64,000 nucleotides of DNA, from NCBI GenBank assembly GCA_963668355.1, contig OY764265.1, positions 2,848,001 through 2,912,000 on the forward strand. The letters are read 5' to 3'. Positions 33,002 to 44,280 of the stretch are shown here, piece by piece. The position numbers were made by a program, and so were the translations under genes. Under the pieces are notes generated by a model. That model was not told the DNA's origin and did not search any database. It worked only from the letters and a program-made list of their open reading frames with translations. The stretch is from Bdellovibrionota bacterium. Its GTDB lineage: Bacteria; Bdellovibrionota_G; JALEGL01; DATDPG01. The stretch's first letter is position 1. The number at the start of each line of letters is the position of its first letter.

Positions 33002-34729
33002 TTAAATGCTAACAGGTCGAATATCATGTAGCCTCAGTTGAACCTCGGTGTTTCCATTCCAAGAGTTCAACTCGGGCATCACCACAGCCTCGACCATTCC
33101 TTTGCTTCTCGACCCGTGAGTCTCAAACATATTGAAACCGATGGCCGAAAAACTCGCCCCACCCTCAGGACTTCTCAAGCGAAGCTTTAGATGGTTCTTT
33201 CCCACCTCCCTTGCACCCCCTACAACTCGGGCGCGAACCCAAAAAGATGGTTCCGGATTTCCCACTCCAAAGGGTCGCAATTGATCCAAAAGAGAAAGAT
33301 ACCCTCTATTCAAGTGCCCCAATTCGAGCTTTGCGTCAATGAAAACCTCGTGCACTGCGGCAACTTTTTGTTTCGAGAATTCGTTTCGGATGGCTCGTTG
33401 AAAAGCCTCGAACGAATCTCTTTCTAAAACACATCCGGCGGCCTCTTGATGACCTCCATACGTGTGAAGCAGATCTTTACATCCTTCAAGCGCTTTGACA
33501 ATATTTGCTCCACCCCGAGCGCGAGCCGATCCCCGTGCGACCTTTCCTTCGAAAGAAAACACGAATGCAGGAACTCCCCATGTACTGGATAAACGTTGCG
33601 CCACCAAACCAATGATGCCGGGATGGAAGTTTTCTCCTCCCACCACAATGGCACAATTTCCTTTTTCCACTTGCCTCGTGGCATCCACCGAGGCCAAACG
33701 CGTGGTTTTTTCCTCCAGTTCCCTTCGTTGTCGATTCCAATCCTCCACCTGCGAAGCAATTCGGGTCGCTTCATCCAGAGAGTCTGTCGTCAACAACTGA
33801 AGGGCTTCCATCGCTCTTCCAAGACGAGCCGCCGCATTGATTCGAGGAGCCAAGCGAAAACCGACATCTGTCGCCGAAATTGAATCATCCAAAGAAAGCC
33901 CCGACTGTTCCCGCATGCTCACAAAACCGGGTCGGCTCGATGCGCTCATTTCACGCAACCCGTGAGCAACCAAGATTCGATTCTGTCCCACCACCGGAGC
34001 CATGTCCGCCAATGTCCCGAGCGCCACAATATCCAAATAGGATTTCAAATTCGGTTCGTCAAAAGCCTTAAATAAACCGCGATCTCGCATGACCGAACGA
34101 ACGGCCAAAGCCAACATGAAGGCCACTCCGACTCCCGAGAGCCCTTCTAAAAATTGTTCATTTCCTTCCAGGTGGGGATCGACCAAGATGGCCGATTGGG
34201 GAAGATTATCCGGAGGACGGTGATGATCCGTCACAATGGTTTCGATCCCCGACTCATGCAACTGGGCAATTTCGCTTACATTTGAAATTCCGCAATCACA
34301 GGTAATGACCAAAGAAACGTTTTCCTTTATAGCCAACTCGACGGCATTGGGGGAAATTCCATGACCTTCCTTTAGTCGATTGGGAATGAACGGAAAGCTG
34401 GATAGATGAATCTCTCTGAAAAAAATTTGTAGCAGGGCCGTCGCCGAAATGCCATCCGCATCGAAATCTCCATGGACCAAGACTTTTTCTTGGCTTTGAA
34501 GCGCATCCACCACGCGTTTGGCTGCTCTTTCCATCCCACGCAACTGAAAGGGTCCCGCCATGGAATGAAGAGCTTTTTCCAAATATTCAGTCGCGGTTTT
34601 CTCATCTCTCACACCACGTGCCACCATGACGCGGATTAAACTCTCCGGAAAATGTAAATTCTCCGAAAGAGAGCGAACCACTTCCTCATTCAGTTCACGT
34701 AAATGCCAGTTCTTCGGCACGAACCTCAT
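33002..34729 (-). CDS. recJ: ssDNA exonuclease RecJ
   Basis: HGDFDADG, ITCDCG, TDHH, APRINAAARL, GSAR, GGH. Confidence 0.96.
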   Translation of the reverse strand: MRFVPKNWHLRELNEEVVRSLSENLHFPESLIRVMVARGVRDEKTATEYLEKALHSMAGPFQLRGMERAAKRVVDALQSQEKVLVHGDFDADGISATALLQIFFREIHLSSFPFIPNRLKEGHGISPNAVELAIKENVSLVITCDCGISNVSEIAQLHESGIETIVTDHHRPPDNLPQSAILVDPHLEGNEQFLEGLSGVGVAFMLALAVRSVMRDRGLFKAFDEPNLKSYLDIVALGTLADMAPVVGQNRILVAHGLREMSASSRPGFVSMREQSGLSLDDSISATDVGFRLAPRINAAARLGRAMEALQLLTTDSLDEATRIASQVEDWNRQRRELEEKTTRLASVDATRQVEKGNCAIVVGGENFHPGIIGLVAQRLSSTWGVPAFVFSFEGKVARGSARARGGANIVKALEGCKDLLHTYGGHQEAAGCVLERDSFEAFQRAIRNEFSKQKVAAVHEVFIDAKLELGHLNRGYLSLLDQLRPFGVGNPEPSFWVRARVVGGAREVGKNHLKLRLRSPEGGASFSAIGFNMFETHGSRSKGMVEAVVMPELNSWNGNTEVQLRLHDIRPVSI

Positions 34730-34732
34730 GCG

Positions 34733-35890
34733 TTAGGCCGCGAGGCGTTTCTTCTGAAGATATTTCCGAACGTAAATCGTGACCGGTGAAGCAATCAATA
34801 CCGAAGAGTACGTACCCGCGACAATTCCAATCGTGAAGGCCAAAGCAAAATTGTATGTGATCGGACCTCCCAAAAGCATCAATGCCACGCTGGCGATAAG
34901 CGCTGTCCCGGACGTCAATATGGTCCGACTGAGCGTCTGATTAACACTGTCATTGATGGTTCCAATGAAATTGGCTTCTTTGGATTTCTTCACATTCTCG
35001 CGAACACGATCATACAAAACAATCGTATCGTTGATGGAATACCCAACGATGGTCAACACAGCGGCCACAATCGAGAGATCAAATTGAAGCCCCAGAAAAG
35101 AAAATACGCCCAGGATCACCACAGCGTCATGAATCAAAGCGATGATTGCACCCGGCGCGAATTCAAACTCGAATCGAAACCAAATGTAAATCAGGATAAA
35201 TATGATTGCGATGATCACCGCTCCAACCGCCTGCATTCGAAGCTCTTTTCCCACTTTCGGGCCCACTTGGTCGGTTTGCAAGACTTCAAATGCCGTTCGA
35301 CCGAATTTCTCATGAAACGTTTCGATGATCCGCGTTGAGATTCCGGCAAATTGGACCAAATATTCGTGATCCGTGGCACGACCAAAACGAGAAGCGCTAT
35401 CCACCTCTAGATCGGGCAATTGAAGCGCATTGATTTCTTCTTTGAGTTTATTTTCGTCAATCGAAGAAGCATAGCTGACATAGATGCGGTCTTCCGAAAA
35501 GCGAATGCGGGCCTTTCCAGCATCTTTCCCTCCGGCCTTCATTGCGGCCTTCTCCAGCTCCGGTTTATGCGTGGCCAAATTTAGATCCACTGTTTCCACT
35601 CGAATGAGAAATTCCCCGGAGCCTTCTTCTCCAATCTCTTGAACCATGGCTTCCTTAAGTCCAATGGGGGAGAGAGCTTCTCTCAATTTCCCGACGGTCG
35701 GTTTTTCATTGAAACGCACATGAACTTCCGTGCCCCCCTTGAAATCGACGCCGTAATTCAACCCCTTGGTAGATAACAACCCCACAGAGATCAAAAGTGA
35801 GATCATGGACAACACGAGGAAAGTGGGAGCCACTTTCATGAAGTTGATTTTTGTTCCGTGTGGAATGATTTCAAAAAATTTCTGTTCCAT
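34733..35890 (-). CDS. secF: Protein translocase subunit SecF
   Basis: GVDFKGG, VGPKVGKEL, GYSINDTIVLYDRVRE. Confidence 0.97.
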   Translation of the reverse strand: MEQKFFEIIPHGTKINFMKVAPTFLVLSMISLLISVGLLSTKGLNYGVDFKGGTEVHVRFNEKPTVGKLREALSPIGLKEAMVQEIGEEGSGEFLIRVETVDLNLATHKPELEKAAMKAGGKDAGKARIRFSEDRIYVSYASSIDENKLKEEINALQLPDLEVDSASRFGRATDHEYLVQFAGISTRIIETFHEKFGRTAFEVLQTDQVGPKVGKELRMQAVGAVIIAIIFILIYIWFRFEFEFAPGAIIALIHDAVVILGVFSFLGLQFDLSIVAAVLTIVGYSINDTIVLYDRVRENVKKSKEANFIGTINDSVNQTLSRTILTSGTALIASVALMLLGGPITYNFALAFTIGIVAGTYSSVLIASPVTIYVRKYLQKKRLAA

Positions 35891-37584
35891 TAGATTGATA
35901 ACCTCTTAGGTTGAAATCGAGTGATGATCCATTCGAACGCCATTCGCGTAAACCAAAGCGCAGTAAAGTAGTTGGCGATCAAACCAAAGATGAGCGTCAG
36001 AGCAAATCCTTTGATGGGACCCGTACCGAAATGCAACAAAACAAAGGCGGTAATCACCGTGGTTAAGTTGGAATCCAAAATCGTTAAATGGGCCCGATCA
36101 TACCCGGCTTCCACCGCAGCTTTAATGGGTTTTCCGTTTCGCAATTCTTCTCGAATGCGTTCATAGATGATGACGTTCGCATCGACCGCCATTCCAAGAG
36201 AAATGATGATTCCTGCAATTCCAGGCAAGGTTAACGTCGCATTCAGGACCCCCAAGCACGCCAAAATGAAAACGATGTTTACAATGATTGCCAGGTCCGC
36301 CGCGATTCCGGAAATTTGATAATAAATCGCCATAAACACAATGATGAGAAGCGCTCCCACAAGCATCGCTTTCAATCCTCGTTCAATCGAGTCTCTTCCC
36401 AAAGAAGGGCCCACCGAGCGATTCTCAAGAATTTCTACTGGGGCCGGTAAAGCTCCAGCACGTAGAACCAAAGCCAGGTCTTTCGCCTCATTCATGAGTT
36501 CGTTGCGCGAACGAAGAGAGCCCAACGTAATTCGAGCCCTTCCACCACCGATTCTGTCTTGAATCGTTGGGGCCGACTGAATTTTGTCATCCAAAATGAT
36601 GGCCATATTTTTTCCAACATTGGCGCCGGTAACTTCTTCAAAAATTTGAGCGCCCCTTGGATTGAAAAGGAGAGAAACTTCCGGTTCACCATATTGTCCC
36701 TGACTGATTCGAGCGTCCTCTAACATTTCACCCGTCAACAGCGTTTCGGATTTAAGGAGATAAGGTCGCTCCACAATGGTCCCGGTGGAACCATCTTCCG
36801 TTTCTTCCATAAGAACTTGTGTGCCTTTGGGAATTTTCCCTTTCAGTTCCAGATTTAAATCCTCAATGGATGCATCTTTTCGAAGCTTTTTCTTCGCACT
36901 GGCGACCAATGTTTCGAGCGCTATCCCGTCCATGCTCTCGCTGTCCACGATTTTAAACTCCAGCTGGGCCGTTCTTCCCAAAACACTCTTGGCGCGTTCA
37001 GGGTCATCCATTCCTGGAAGTTGAACAATGATCCGATCTTTTCCCTGAGCCTGAATGGAGGGTTCCGCCACACCAAATTCATCCAATCGACTTCGTAGCG
37101 TCTCCAGGGCTTGTTGAATGGTGTCTCTCTCAACGATGTTTTTTCTCTCTTCTTGGATATCCAAGGTGAAGGTCCCCTCTCCCGGATCTTCATCGACAAT
37201 CGACAACACGTTGAATTTGTTCTGTACATACGTGCGGAAATCTGAAGAGTTCTTCTTGTCCTTTAAGAGAAGTTGAATTTCGGTTGAATCGAACTCTCTC
37301 TGAATGGAAACGAAGTCGATCTTTTGGTCGGGTAGAAAGTCCTTGAGGTCACGAATGTAACGGTCCGCCTCATTCATGAGGGCGCGACGAAGATCGATGC
37401 CCAAAACCATGTGAATTCCCCCTTGAAGATCCAATCCCAATTTCACTTGAGAATCGGGAAGCATCTTCACGTACCAGGGAGCATCTTTTTCTGGAACCTC
37501 CACAAAATTGGGCAGAACAAAGTAAACGGCCAACATGACCGAAACGAAGGATATGATGAAGCGAACGCGCCAGGTTGTACTCAT
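35890..37584 (-). CDS. secD: Protein translocase subunit SecD
   Basis: LGLDLQGG, GVAEP, GALPAP, GMAVDANVIIYERIREE. Confidence 0.97.
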   Translation of the reverse strand: MSTTWRVRFIISFVSVMLAVYFVLPNFVEVPEKDAPWYVKMLPDSQVKLGLDLQGGIHMVLGIDLRRALMNEADRYIRDLKDFLPDQKIDFVSIQREFDSTEIQLLLKDKKNSSDFRTYVQNKFNVLSIVDEDPGEGTFTLDIQEERKNIVERDTIQQALETLRSRLDEFGVAEPSIQAQGKDRIIVQLPGMDDPERAKSVLGRTAQLEFKIVDSESMDGIALETLVASAKKKLRKDASIEDLNLELKGKIPKGTQVLMEETEDGSTGTIVERPYLLKSETLLTGEMLEDARISQGQYGEPEVSLLFNPRGAQIFEEVTGANVGKNMAIILDDKIQSAPTIQDRIGGGRARITLGSLRSRNELMNEAKDLALVLRAGALPAPVEILENRSVGPSLGRDSIERGLKAMLVGALLIIVFMAIYYQISGIAADLAIIVNIVFILACLGVLNATLTLPGIAGIIISLGMAVDANVIIYERIREELRNGKPIKAAVEAGYDRAHLTILDSNLTTVITAFVLLHFGTGPIKGFALTLIFGLIANYFTALWFTRMAFEWIITRFQPKRLSI

Positions 37585-37590
37585 GGTTTT

Positions 37591-37923
37591 TTACTTATTC
37601 CCTTCTCCCGCCTTGGGCTGCATTCCCGCAATGGAACTTCGACTCGCACGAATGCGAACATGATCTGCCACTTCGAGCGTGACCACCTGTTCGGTCAATC
37701 CCGCGACTCTTCCATAAAGACCGGACTGCAAAATGACTTCGTCACCCTTTTTTAAACCGCTGAGAAATTTTCGATGTTCCGTTTCTCGTTTCTTTTGGGG
37801 ACGAATCAATAAAAAGTAAAACACACCAAACATAAAGAGGAGCGGAATCAACATCGATCCCAAGCCACCGGAGCCTTGAGCTCCCCCTGGATTCTGTGCC
37901 ATTGCGTAAAGTTCTGTAATCAT
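37591..37923 (-). CDS. yajC: Preprotein translocase subunit YajC
   Basis: FYFLLIRPQKKR, LKKGDEV; lies between tgt and secD. Confidence 0.96.
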   Translation of the reverse strand: MITELYAMAQNPGGAQGSGGLGSMLIPLLFMFGVFYFLLIRPQKKRETEHRKFLSGLKKGDEVILQSGLYGRVAGLTEQVVTLEVADHVRIRASRSSIAGMQPKAGEGNK

Positions 37924-37948
37924 GGGGCGGTTTTGTACCCGAGCCCCG

Positions 37949-39097
<1,149 letters not shown>

Positions 39098-39189
39098 CTA
39101 CTTTTTAATCCGCTCCCCTCCTAAAACACACAGAGCTAGCCAAAAATAGAATCCTCCTGAAAGGCAGCCGTTTGAGCAAAAGCGTTGGC

Positions 39190-39336
39190 AAACGAAAAAG
39201 GAAATGGGAGGAGCCAAGTTCTGAGCGAAAGCGTGGGGGGGGGAGCCGGAATGCGAAGCATTCCGGGGGGGAGGTTCCCTCCCCCGAGGTTTCGCTTTCG
39301 TCCAGAACTTGGCTTCGAGTATTTCCTTTTTCGTTT
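39190..39336. repeat. Multibranched palindromic element (REP/MITE-like or structured RNA)
   Basis: Nested inverted repeats of 16, 12 and 8 bp enclosing two hairpins. Confidence 0.7.
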
Positions 39337-39389
39337 TTCCGGCCCCAGAAAAGTAAGCTTCAGTGAGAAGGTGTAAGTCTTACGATTTT

Positions 39390-40463
39390 TTAAGCGATGA
39401 ACATGGCATCGCCGTAAGAATAGAATCGGTAATGCTCTTCGATGGCAATTTGGTACAGCTCCAGAAGTTTTTCAACACCGCCCTCGCCCAAAAACCCACT
39501 GACCAAGGCCATCAGGCTTGATTTGGGAAGATGAAAATTCGTGACCATGGCATCCACAACTTCTGGCATCCATCCAGGCTTGAGAAAGAGGTCACAAGGT
39601 CCCTGAATGCCTTTGGGAGACATTCCGTTTCGAACCCACCATTCCAGAGAACGAACCACGGTCGTGCCAACTGCAATGACCCGTTTGCCCGATTGTTTTG
39701 CGGAGAGAATTTTTTCGGCCACGTCCGCTGAAAGACGTACTTCTTCTTCATGCAGTTTCCCAAGGTCCCATTGTTCTGGGGTCAATGGACGAAACGTTCC
39801 CCACCCTACCGCCAAATGTAGATGGCAGAGTTCAACTCCCTTTTCGCTCAAACTCTGAAGCAACTCAGGCGTAAAATGCAAACCCGCTGTGGGAGCCGCC
39901 ACTGCACCAGAGTCCTTGAAGAACGTGGTTTGATAACGGGTCCAATCCTCTTCTTCCGTTTCAGAAAGACCCTGTTTCTTCCGAGCGCCGCGAATATACG
40001 GAGGCAATGGGGGAAGGCCATACGTCTGCCTCCAGCTCAACACTTCTGCGGTAGATGCTTCAAAACAAATTTCCGCTGTCCCGCTAGCGTTCCTCGAACA
40101 AATTTTCATGTTCATGTTTCCGGGAAGAAGATAGGAAACGTTCTTTTTCAAACGTTTGCCGCCCACCAAGGCCTCCCAAACCGATTGATTCCCTTGTGCC
40201 TGCAATTCCTTTAGCAACAAGAGTTCACACGGACTTCCACTTTCCTTGCGCCATAAAACGCGAGCCGGGTCCACCCGAACATTATTGAGGACAAACAAGT
40301 CTCCGGGTTGAAGAAACTCCAGGATACGACTCACTCGGGAATGAGTGATGCCTGATTTTTTTCGATCATAGCCAAGAAGTTTTGCATCGGATCTTCGCTT
40401 GGAGGGATGTGTGGCGATTCGCTCCTCGGGAAGATGATAATCAAATTGTTCAATCGGATTCAT
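39390..40463 (-). CDS. queA: S-adenosylmethionine:tRNA ribosyltransferase-isomerase
   Basis: FDYHLPEERIA, PLPPYI, AVAAPTAGLHFT, TNFHLPKS, YRFYSYGDAM. Confidence 0.97.
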   Translation of the reverse strand: MNPIEQFDYHLPEERIATHPSKRRSDAKLLGYDRKKSGITHSRVSRILEFLQPGDLFVLNNVRVDPARVLWRKESGSPCELLLLKELQAQGNQSVWEALVGGKRLKKNVSYLLPGNMNMKICSRNASGTAEICFEASTAEVLSWRQTYGLPPLPPYIRGARKKQGLSETEEEDWTRYQTTFFKDSGAVAAPTAGLHFTPELLQSLSEKGVELCHLHLAVGWGTFRPLTPEQWDLGKLHEEEVRLSADVAEKILSAKQSGKRVIAVGTTVVRSLEWWVRNGMSPKGIQGPCDLFLKPGWMPEVVDAMVTNFHLPKSSLMALVSGFLGEGGVEKLLELYQIAIEEHYRFYSYGDAMFIA

Positions 40464-41153
40464 TTACCGACGAACAACTCGTCCACAGGACGAACATTTA
40501 ATTTCTGAAGCCGTTAACGCGAACCAATAAGATCCCAACACGATTCTTAGATCACGGGCCCCCTCAGGCACTTTTTTATAGAAGGTCACCATCTGAAGAG
40601 CTTCACGACCCGCCTCATAGGTAGATTTGAGACGTCCTCCACAATAATCACAATTTAAAAGAGGATCATGAAGAAGCCAGGCCACCGCCTCTTCTCGACT
40701 CTGGAACCCGCCTTCGATCTTGCGGTGAAAATCCCACTCATCGACATACTCTTCCCGAGAAGCCGCTTCTCGAATCTCATCCTCTACTTTTCGTCTTCGC
40801 TCTTTCTTCTTACTCTGCTTCGCTTTTTTCCATTTCCCCCAAAGCGACGGAAGAAAAAGAAAGGCCAGTCCAAGAAAACCCAAAATGGGCATCCATCCAT
40901 CCAATTCCCAGGAGCGACGTTTGCCTTCCAGCCACAAACCCACTCGTTCTTTCCGCATTTCTTCGAGTCGATCGGCGCCCCCAATGGGTACCGTTAACTT
41001 TGCATCGTACCCCTTCAATTCCTTATTGAGGCGTTCATAGTCTTCATGCACAGATTGATCGGACAAATAAGCAAAATTACTTACTTTGTAATATCGCTTT
41101 CCCCCAAAAAAGGAGAGCACCAACAGAATTAGTACAACCCCAACCAGTCTCAT
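40464..41153 (-). CDS. Hypothetical membrane protein with C-terminal CxxC...CxxC (zinc-binding-like) domain
   Basis: Two hydrophobic segments, basic linker, CDYC and CSSC; abuts udg and queA. Confidence 0.65.
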   Translation of the reverse strand: MRLVGVVLILLVLSFFGGKRYYKVSNFAYLSDQSVHEDYERLNKELKGYDAKLTVPIGGADRLEEMRKERVGLWLEGKRRSWELDGWMPILGFLGLAFLFLPSLWGKWKKAKQSKKKERRRKVEDEIREAASREEYVDEWDFHRKIEGGFQSREEAVAWLLHDPLLNCDYCGGRLKSTYEAGREALQMVTFYKKVPEGARDLRIVLGSYWFALTASEIKCSSCGRVVRR

Positions 41154-41156
41154 TTC

Positions 41157-41855
41157 CTAATTTCCCTTTCGAACGAGTTTCTTTCCAGTGCGCGCACACA
41201 ACTCTTCATGAACTTTCTTCATGTCATCCCAAACATCCTTTTTAGCACTAGGATTTCTCAGAAGATACGCGGGATGATATGTCGGCATCAATGTCATTCC
41301 ATTGTACTCCGTAAACTCTCCTCTCAATTTGGAGATCGGGGTTTCCACCCGCAACAACGTCTGAACGGCAAATTTTCCCAAGGCGCAGATGACTGTCGGG
41401 CGAATGGCCTCCAACTGTGCTTTGAGGAAAGGTTCACATGTCTCAATTTCATCCGGCTCGGGATTGCGATTTTGAGGAGGCCGACATTTCACAACATTGC
41501 AGATGTAAACATCCGAACGAGTCAGTCCAATGGCTTCAATGATTCCCGTGAGAAGTTTGCCCGCACGTCCGACAAAGGGTTCACCTTTAAGGTCTTCATC
41601 CCGTCCCGGAGCTTCTCCCACAAAGACCAAATCGGCCTTGGGATTTCCCGCCCCAAAAACGAGTTTGTTTCTTCCTTGGTGCAATTTGCAACGTGTACAT
41701 TCACCAATTTCTTCTCGAACCTGTTTCAACGTCACTTTCGGCATGGCTTCGGCACTCTCTCTTTCTTCTCGCGAGGGTGAAATCAACAAACCACGACGTT
41801 GCCAATCCTTCACCGCCACTTGCGTGGCTTCCAGCAATTCCTTGAACTCGTTCAC
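41157..41855 (-). CDS. Family 4 uracil-DNA glycosylase (Fe-S)
   Basis: [35 protein letters not shown]. Confidence 0.95.
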   Translation of the reverse strand: MNEFKELLEATQVAVKDWQRRGLLISPSREERESAEAMPKVTLKQVREEIGECTRCKLHQGRNKLVFGAGNPKADLVFVGEAPGRDEDLKGEPFVGRAGKLLTGIIEAIGLTRSDVYICNVVKCRPPQNRNPEPDEIETCEPFLKAQLEAIRPTVICALGKFAVQTLLRVETPISKLRGEFTEYNGMTLMPTYHPAYLLRNPSAKKDVWDDMKKVHEELCARTGKKLVRKGN

Positions 41856-41885
41856 GACATATCGATACCAGAAGGAGAGTCTGGG

Positions 41886-42788
41886 CTAAAGCTTTAGTTC
41901 AGACGTGGAAATCAACGAGAAAGGATCACGCGAAAAACGCTCCACCACACTTCGCACATGGTCTGTACTCGGGGGAGATTTTTGGCCCATTTTTTTCCGA
42001 AAGTTTCGCCGAATTTCATGCGAAGAACGGAGCCGGGTTTGTCCGATGGGATCCAGGCTCACATACTCCGAATCCCGATATTCATTCAAGAAACTTAAAA
42101 TGGCCGTTAGAGAGCGTTGAGTGTACTCGTGAACTTCGCCCTCTTCCAAGGGCCAAGGAGATTTTCGGCTGAGTCCTCCCCATATTTTTTGCCAAGAATG
42201 CAGAGATTGCAGGAGAAGAAGCTGATTAAAAATGCGCTTATTGGTGTTGAAGTCAAAAATTCGAACGGGAATTTTACTCTCGAAGTAGTCGTCACAATCG
42301 GAAAAGTCTCCACGGGCAATGGAGTGAAAGAGATTGAGCGTTTTTTGTGTGGTTAAACGCCGGTCAAACAATTGTTCCCAATAAACATGCTTGAACATGC
42401 CAGAGTCGTAAGAAAGAACCGTTCGGCTTGGAACGAAGCAATTATGGCTAATCGTATCGGCGGCCAAATGACTCACATACCCAAATGAAAAGGCTCGAAT
42501 CCTGGGAGTTTCAGCTTCCTCAATAAGTCTCAACCCGTTGTGCCAGTGGTGACAATGCATCAACGAACGCCCCCATTTTTTGGCCAAAACCACATCCGCA
42601 CTGACACACCCGTACAAAAACGGTAGGGGATGATAGGCCAACAAGGCCCTCACACCGTCGGTAACTTGATTCAATTGATTCAGGATTGCGACTCCAAAAT
42701 GAAGATGAGTTGCTGGCCCCCAGGCCCAGGCATCCTCAGGGACACTCAAGAAAAGCAGCGCAATCCCAATTGCATGTATCCATTTCAT
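41886..42788 (-). CDS. Zinc-dependent phospholipase C/P1-nuclease-fold protein
   Basis: Signal peptide then [30 protein letters not shown]; start moved to ATG 42788. Confidence 0.8.
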   Translation of the reverse strand: MKWIHAIGIALLFLSVPEDAWAWGPATHLHFGVAILNQLNQVTDGVRALLAYHPLPFLYGCVSADVVLAKKWGRSLMHCHHWHNGLRLIEEAETPRIRAFSFGYVSHLAADTISHNCFVPSRTVLSYDSGMFKHVYWEQLFDRRLTTQKTLNLFHSIARGDFSDCDDYFESKIPVRIFDFNTNKRIFNQLLLLQSLHSWQKIWGGLSRKSPWPLEEGEVHEYTQRSLTAILSFLNEYRDSEYVSLDPIGQTRLRSSHEIRRNFRKKMGQKSPPSTDHVRSVVERFSRDPFSLISTSELKL

Positions 42789-42992
42789 AGCACTGCCGAT
42801 CACTCTATGGTACGACTTAGACCCAAGAGAATCAAAGGGGCATCTGTATTTTTCCTTCTGGCTCTTGAATATGAGTGTTTGGGAAACCATTTCAGTGGGT
42901 TATCGGCTTTCACCTCATGTCCGGGGCGGGCAACAAGCGGTTTTCTGTCCAACCAAGGTCGCGGGGGGAACCACACATAGAGTGAGGTTTTG

Positions 42993-44276
42993 ATGACGCG
43001 AGTTGCACTAGTGGATGGCATTCGAACTCCTTTTGCCAAAGCGGGGACGGCCCTCACCCCCATTCCGGCTCAAGAACTTGCCCGTATCGTCATCCGAGAA
43101 CTCATCGAACGAACGGAAATCAACCCTCAATATGTCAATGAATTGATTTTTGGCAATATTTCTCAACCCATGGAAGCCGCAAACATTGCCCGAGTCGCCG
43201 CGCTCACGGCCGGGCTTCCGGAAAGTCTCCCTGCCTATACGGTCTGTCGAAACTGTGCTTCGGGCCTTCAATCCATTACGGATGGATTCAATCTGATTCG
43301 TTCGGGACAAGCCCATATGGTGATTGCTGGGGGAACGGAATCCATGAGCAACACCCCTATCGTTTTCCCCAAATCGATGGCTCACTTCTTATCGGGCCTG
43401 GCTCAAGCGAAGACCCTACCCCAAAAATTGGCGGCTCTATCACGGGTTCGCCCCAAACATTTCAAACCAATCTTTTCCTTGGTCCATGGATTAACCGACC
43501 CTGTCAGTGGCCTCAACATGGGAGAAACGGCCGAAGTCCTGGCCAAAAAATACGCCATCACGCGAGAGGAGCAGGACCGCTTTGCCCTTCGAAGTCATCA
43601 ATTGGCATCCAAGGCCATTGAGGAAGGTCGAATGGCCGAGGAAATTGTTCCGGTTTTCTTTCCAGGAAAAGAGACTCCCCTGCAAACCGATGTGGGCCCG
43701 AGAGAAAGCCAAACCTTGGAAGCCCTCGCCAAATTGCGACCCTATTTTGATCGAAAATATGGAACCGTCACGGTCGGTAACGCATGCCCCATCACCGATG
43801 GAGCGGCTGCAGTACTATTGATGAGCGAAGCCAAGGTGAAAGTGGCTGGGATTGAGCCGTTGGCTTGGATCCGAAGTTACGGATATGGAGGCGTGGATCC
43901 CCGACGCATGGGGTTGGGACCCACGGTTGCAACGCCACTGGCTTTGCGCCGAGCCAACTTAAGCATGAAAGACATTGAACTCATGGAACTGAACGAAGCC
44001 TTTGCCGCTCAAGTTCTTTCCTGCCTGCGCATTTTCGAAAACCCCAAGCTCGGTGAGGATGTCGGAGCCAATCAACCGGAGTTGGGGGGAATGCACATGG
44101 ACCGAATCAACGTCAATGGAGGGGCCATCGCTTTGGGTCATCCCGTAGGAACGTCGGGAACCCGAGTCACCCTGACCTTGGCCAAAGAAATGAAACGAAG
44201 AGATCTTACCTTGGGCCTCGCGACTTTGTGTGTCGGTGGAGGTCAGGGCGGCGCAATTGTTTTGGAGCGGAGATAA
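42993..44276 (+). CDS. fadI: 3-ketoacyl-CoA thiolase (FadI-like)
   Basis: RTPF, NCASG, NEAFA, GHPVGTSG, CVGGGQG. Confidence 0.88.
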   Translation: MTRVALVDGIRTPFAKAGTALTPIPAQELARIVIRELIERTEINPQYVNELIFGNISQPMEAANIARVAALTAGLPESLPAYTVCRNCASGLQSITDGFNLIRSGQAHMVIAGGTESMSNTPIVFPKSMAHFLSGLAQAKTLPQKLAALSRVRPKHFKPIFSLVHGLTDPVSGLNMGETAEVLAKKYAITREEQDRFALRSHQLASKAIEEGRMAEEIVPVFFPGKETPLQTDVGPRESQTLEALAKLRPYFDRKYGTVTVGNACPITDGAAAVLLMSEAKVKVAGIEPLAWIRSYGYGGVDPRRMGLGPTVATPLALRRANLSMKDIELMELNEAFAAQVLSCLRIFENPKLGEDVGANQPELGGMHMDRINVNGGAIALGHPVGTSGTRVTLTLAKEMKRRDLTLGLATLCVGGGQGGAIVLERR

Positions 44277-44280
44277 ATTT

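Noticed and set aside
39268..39285. preQ1-I riboswitch suggested by GAGGTTC...CCTC near queA/tgt
   Set aside because: Wrong strand for the operon, loop too short, and no A-rich 3' tail
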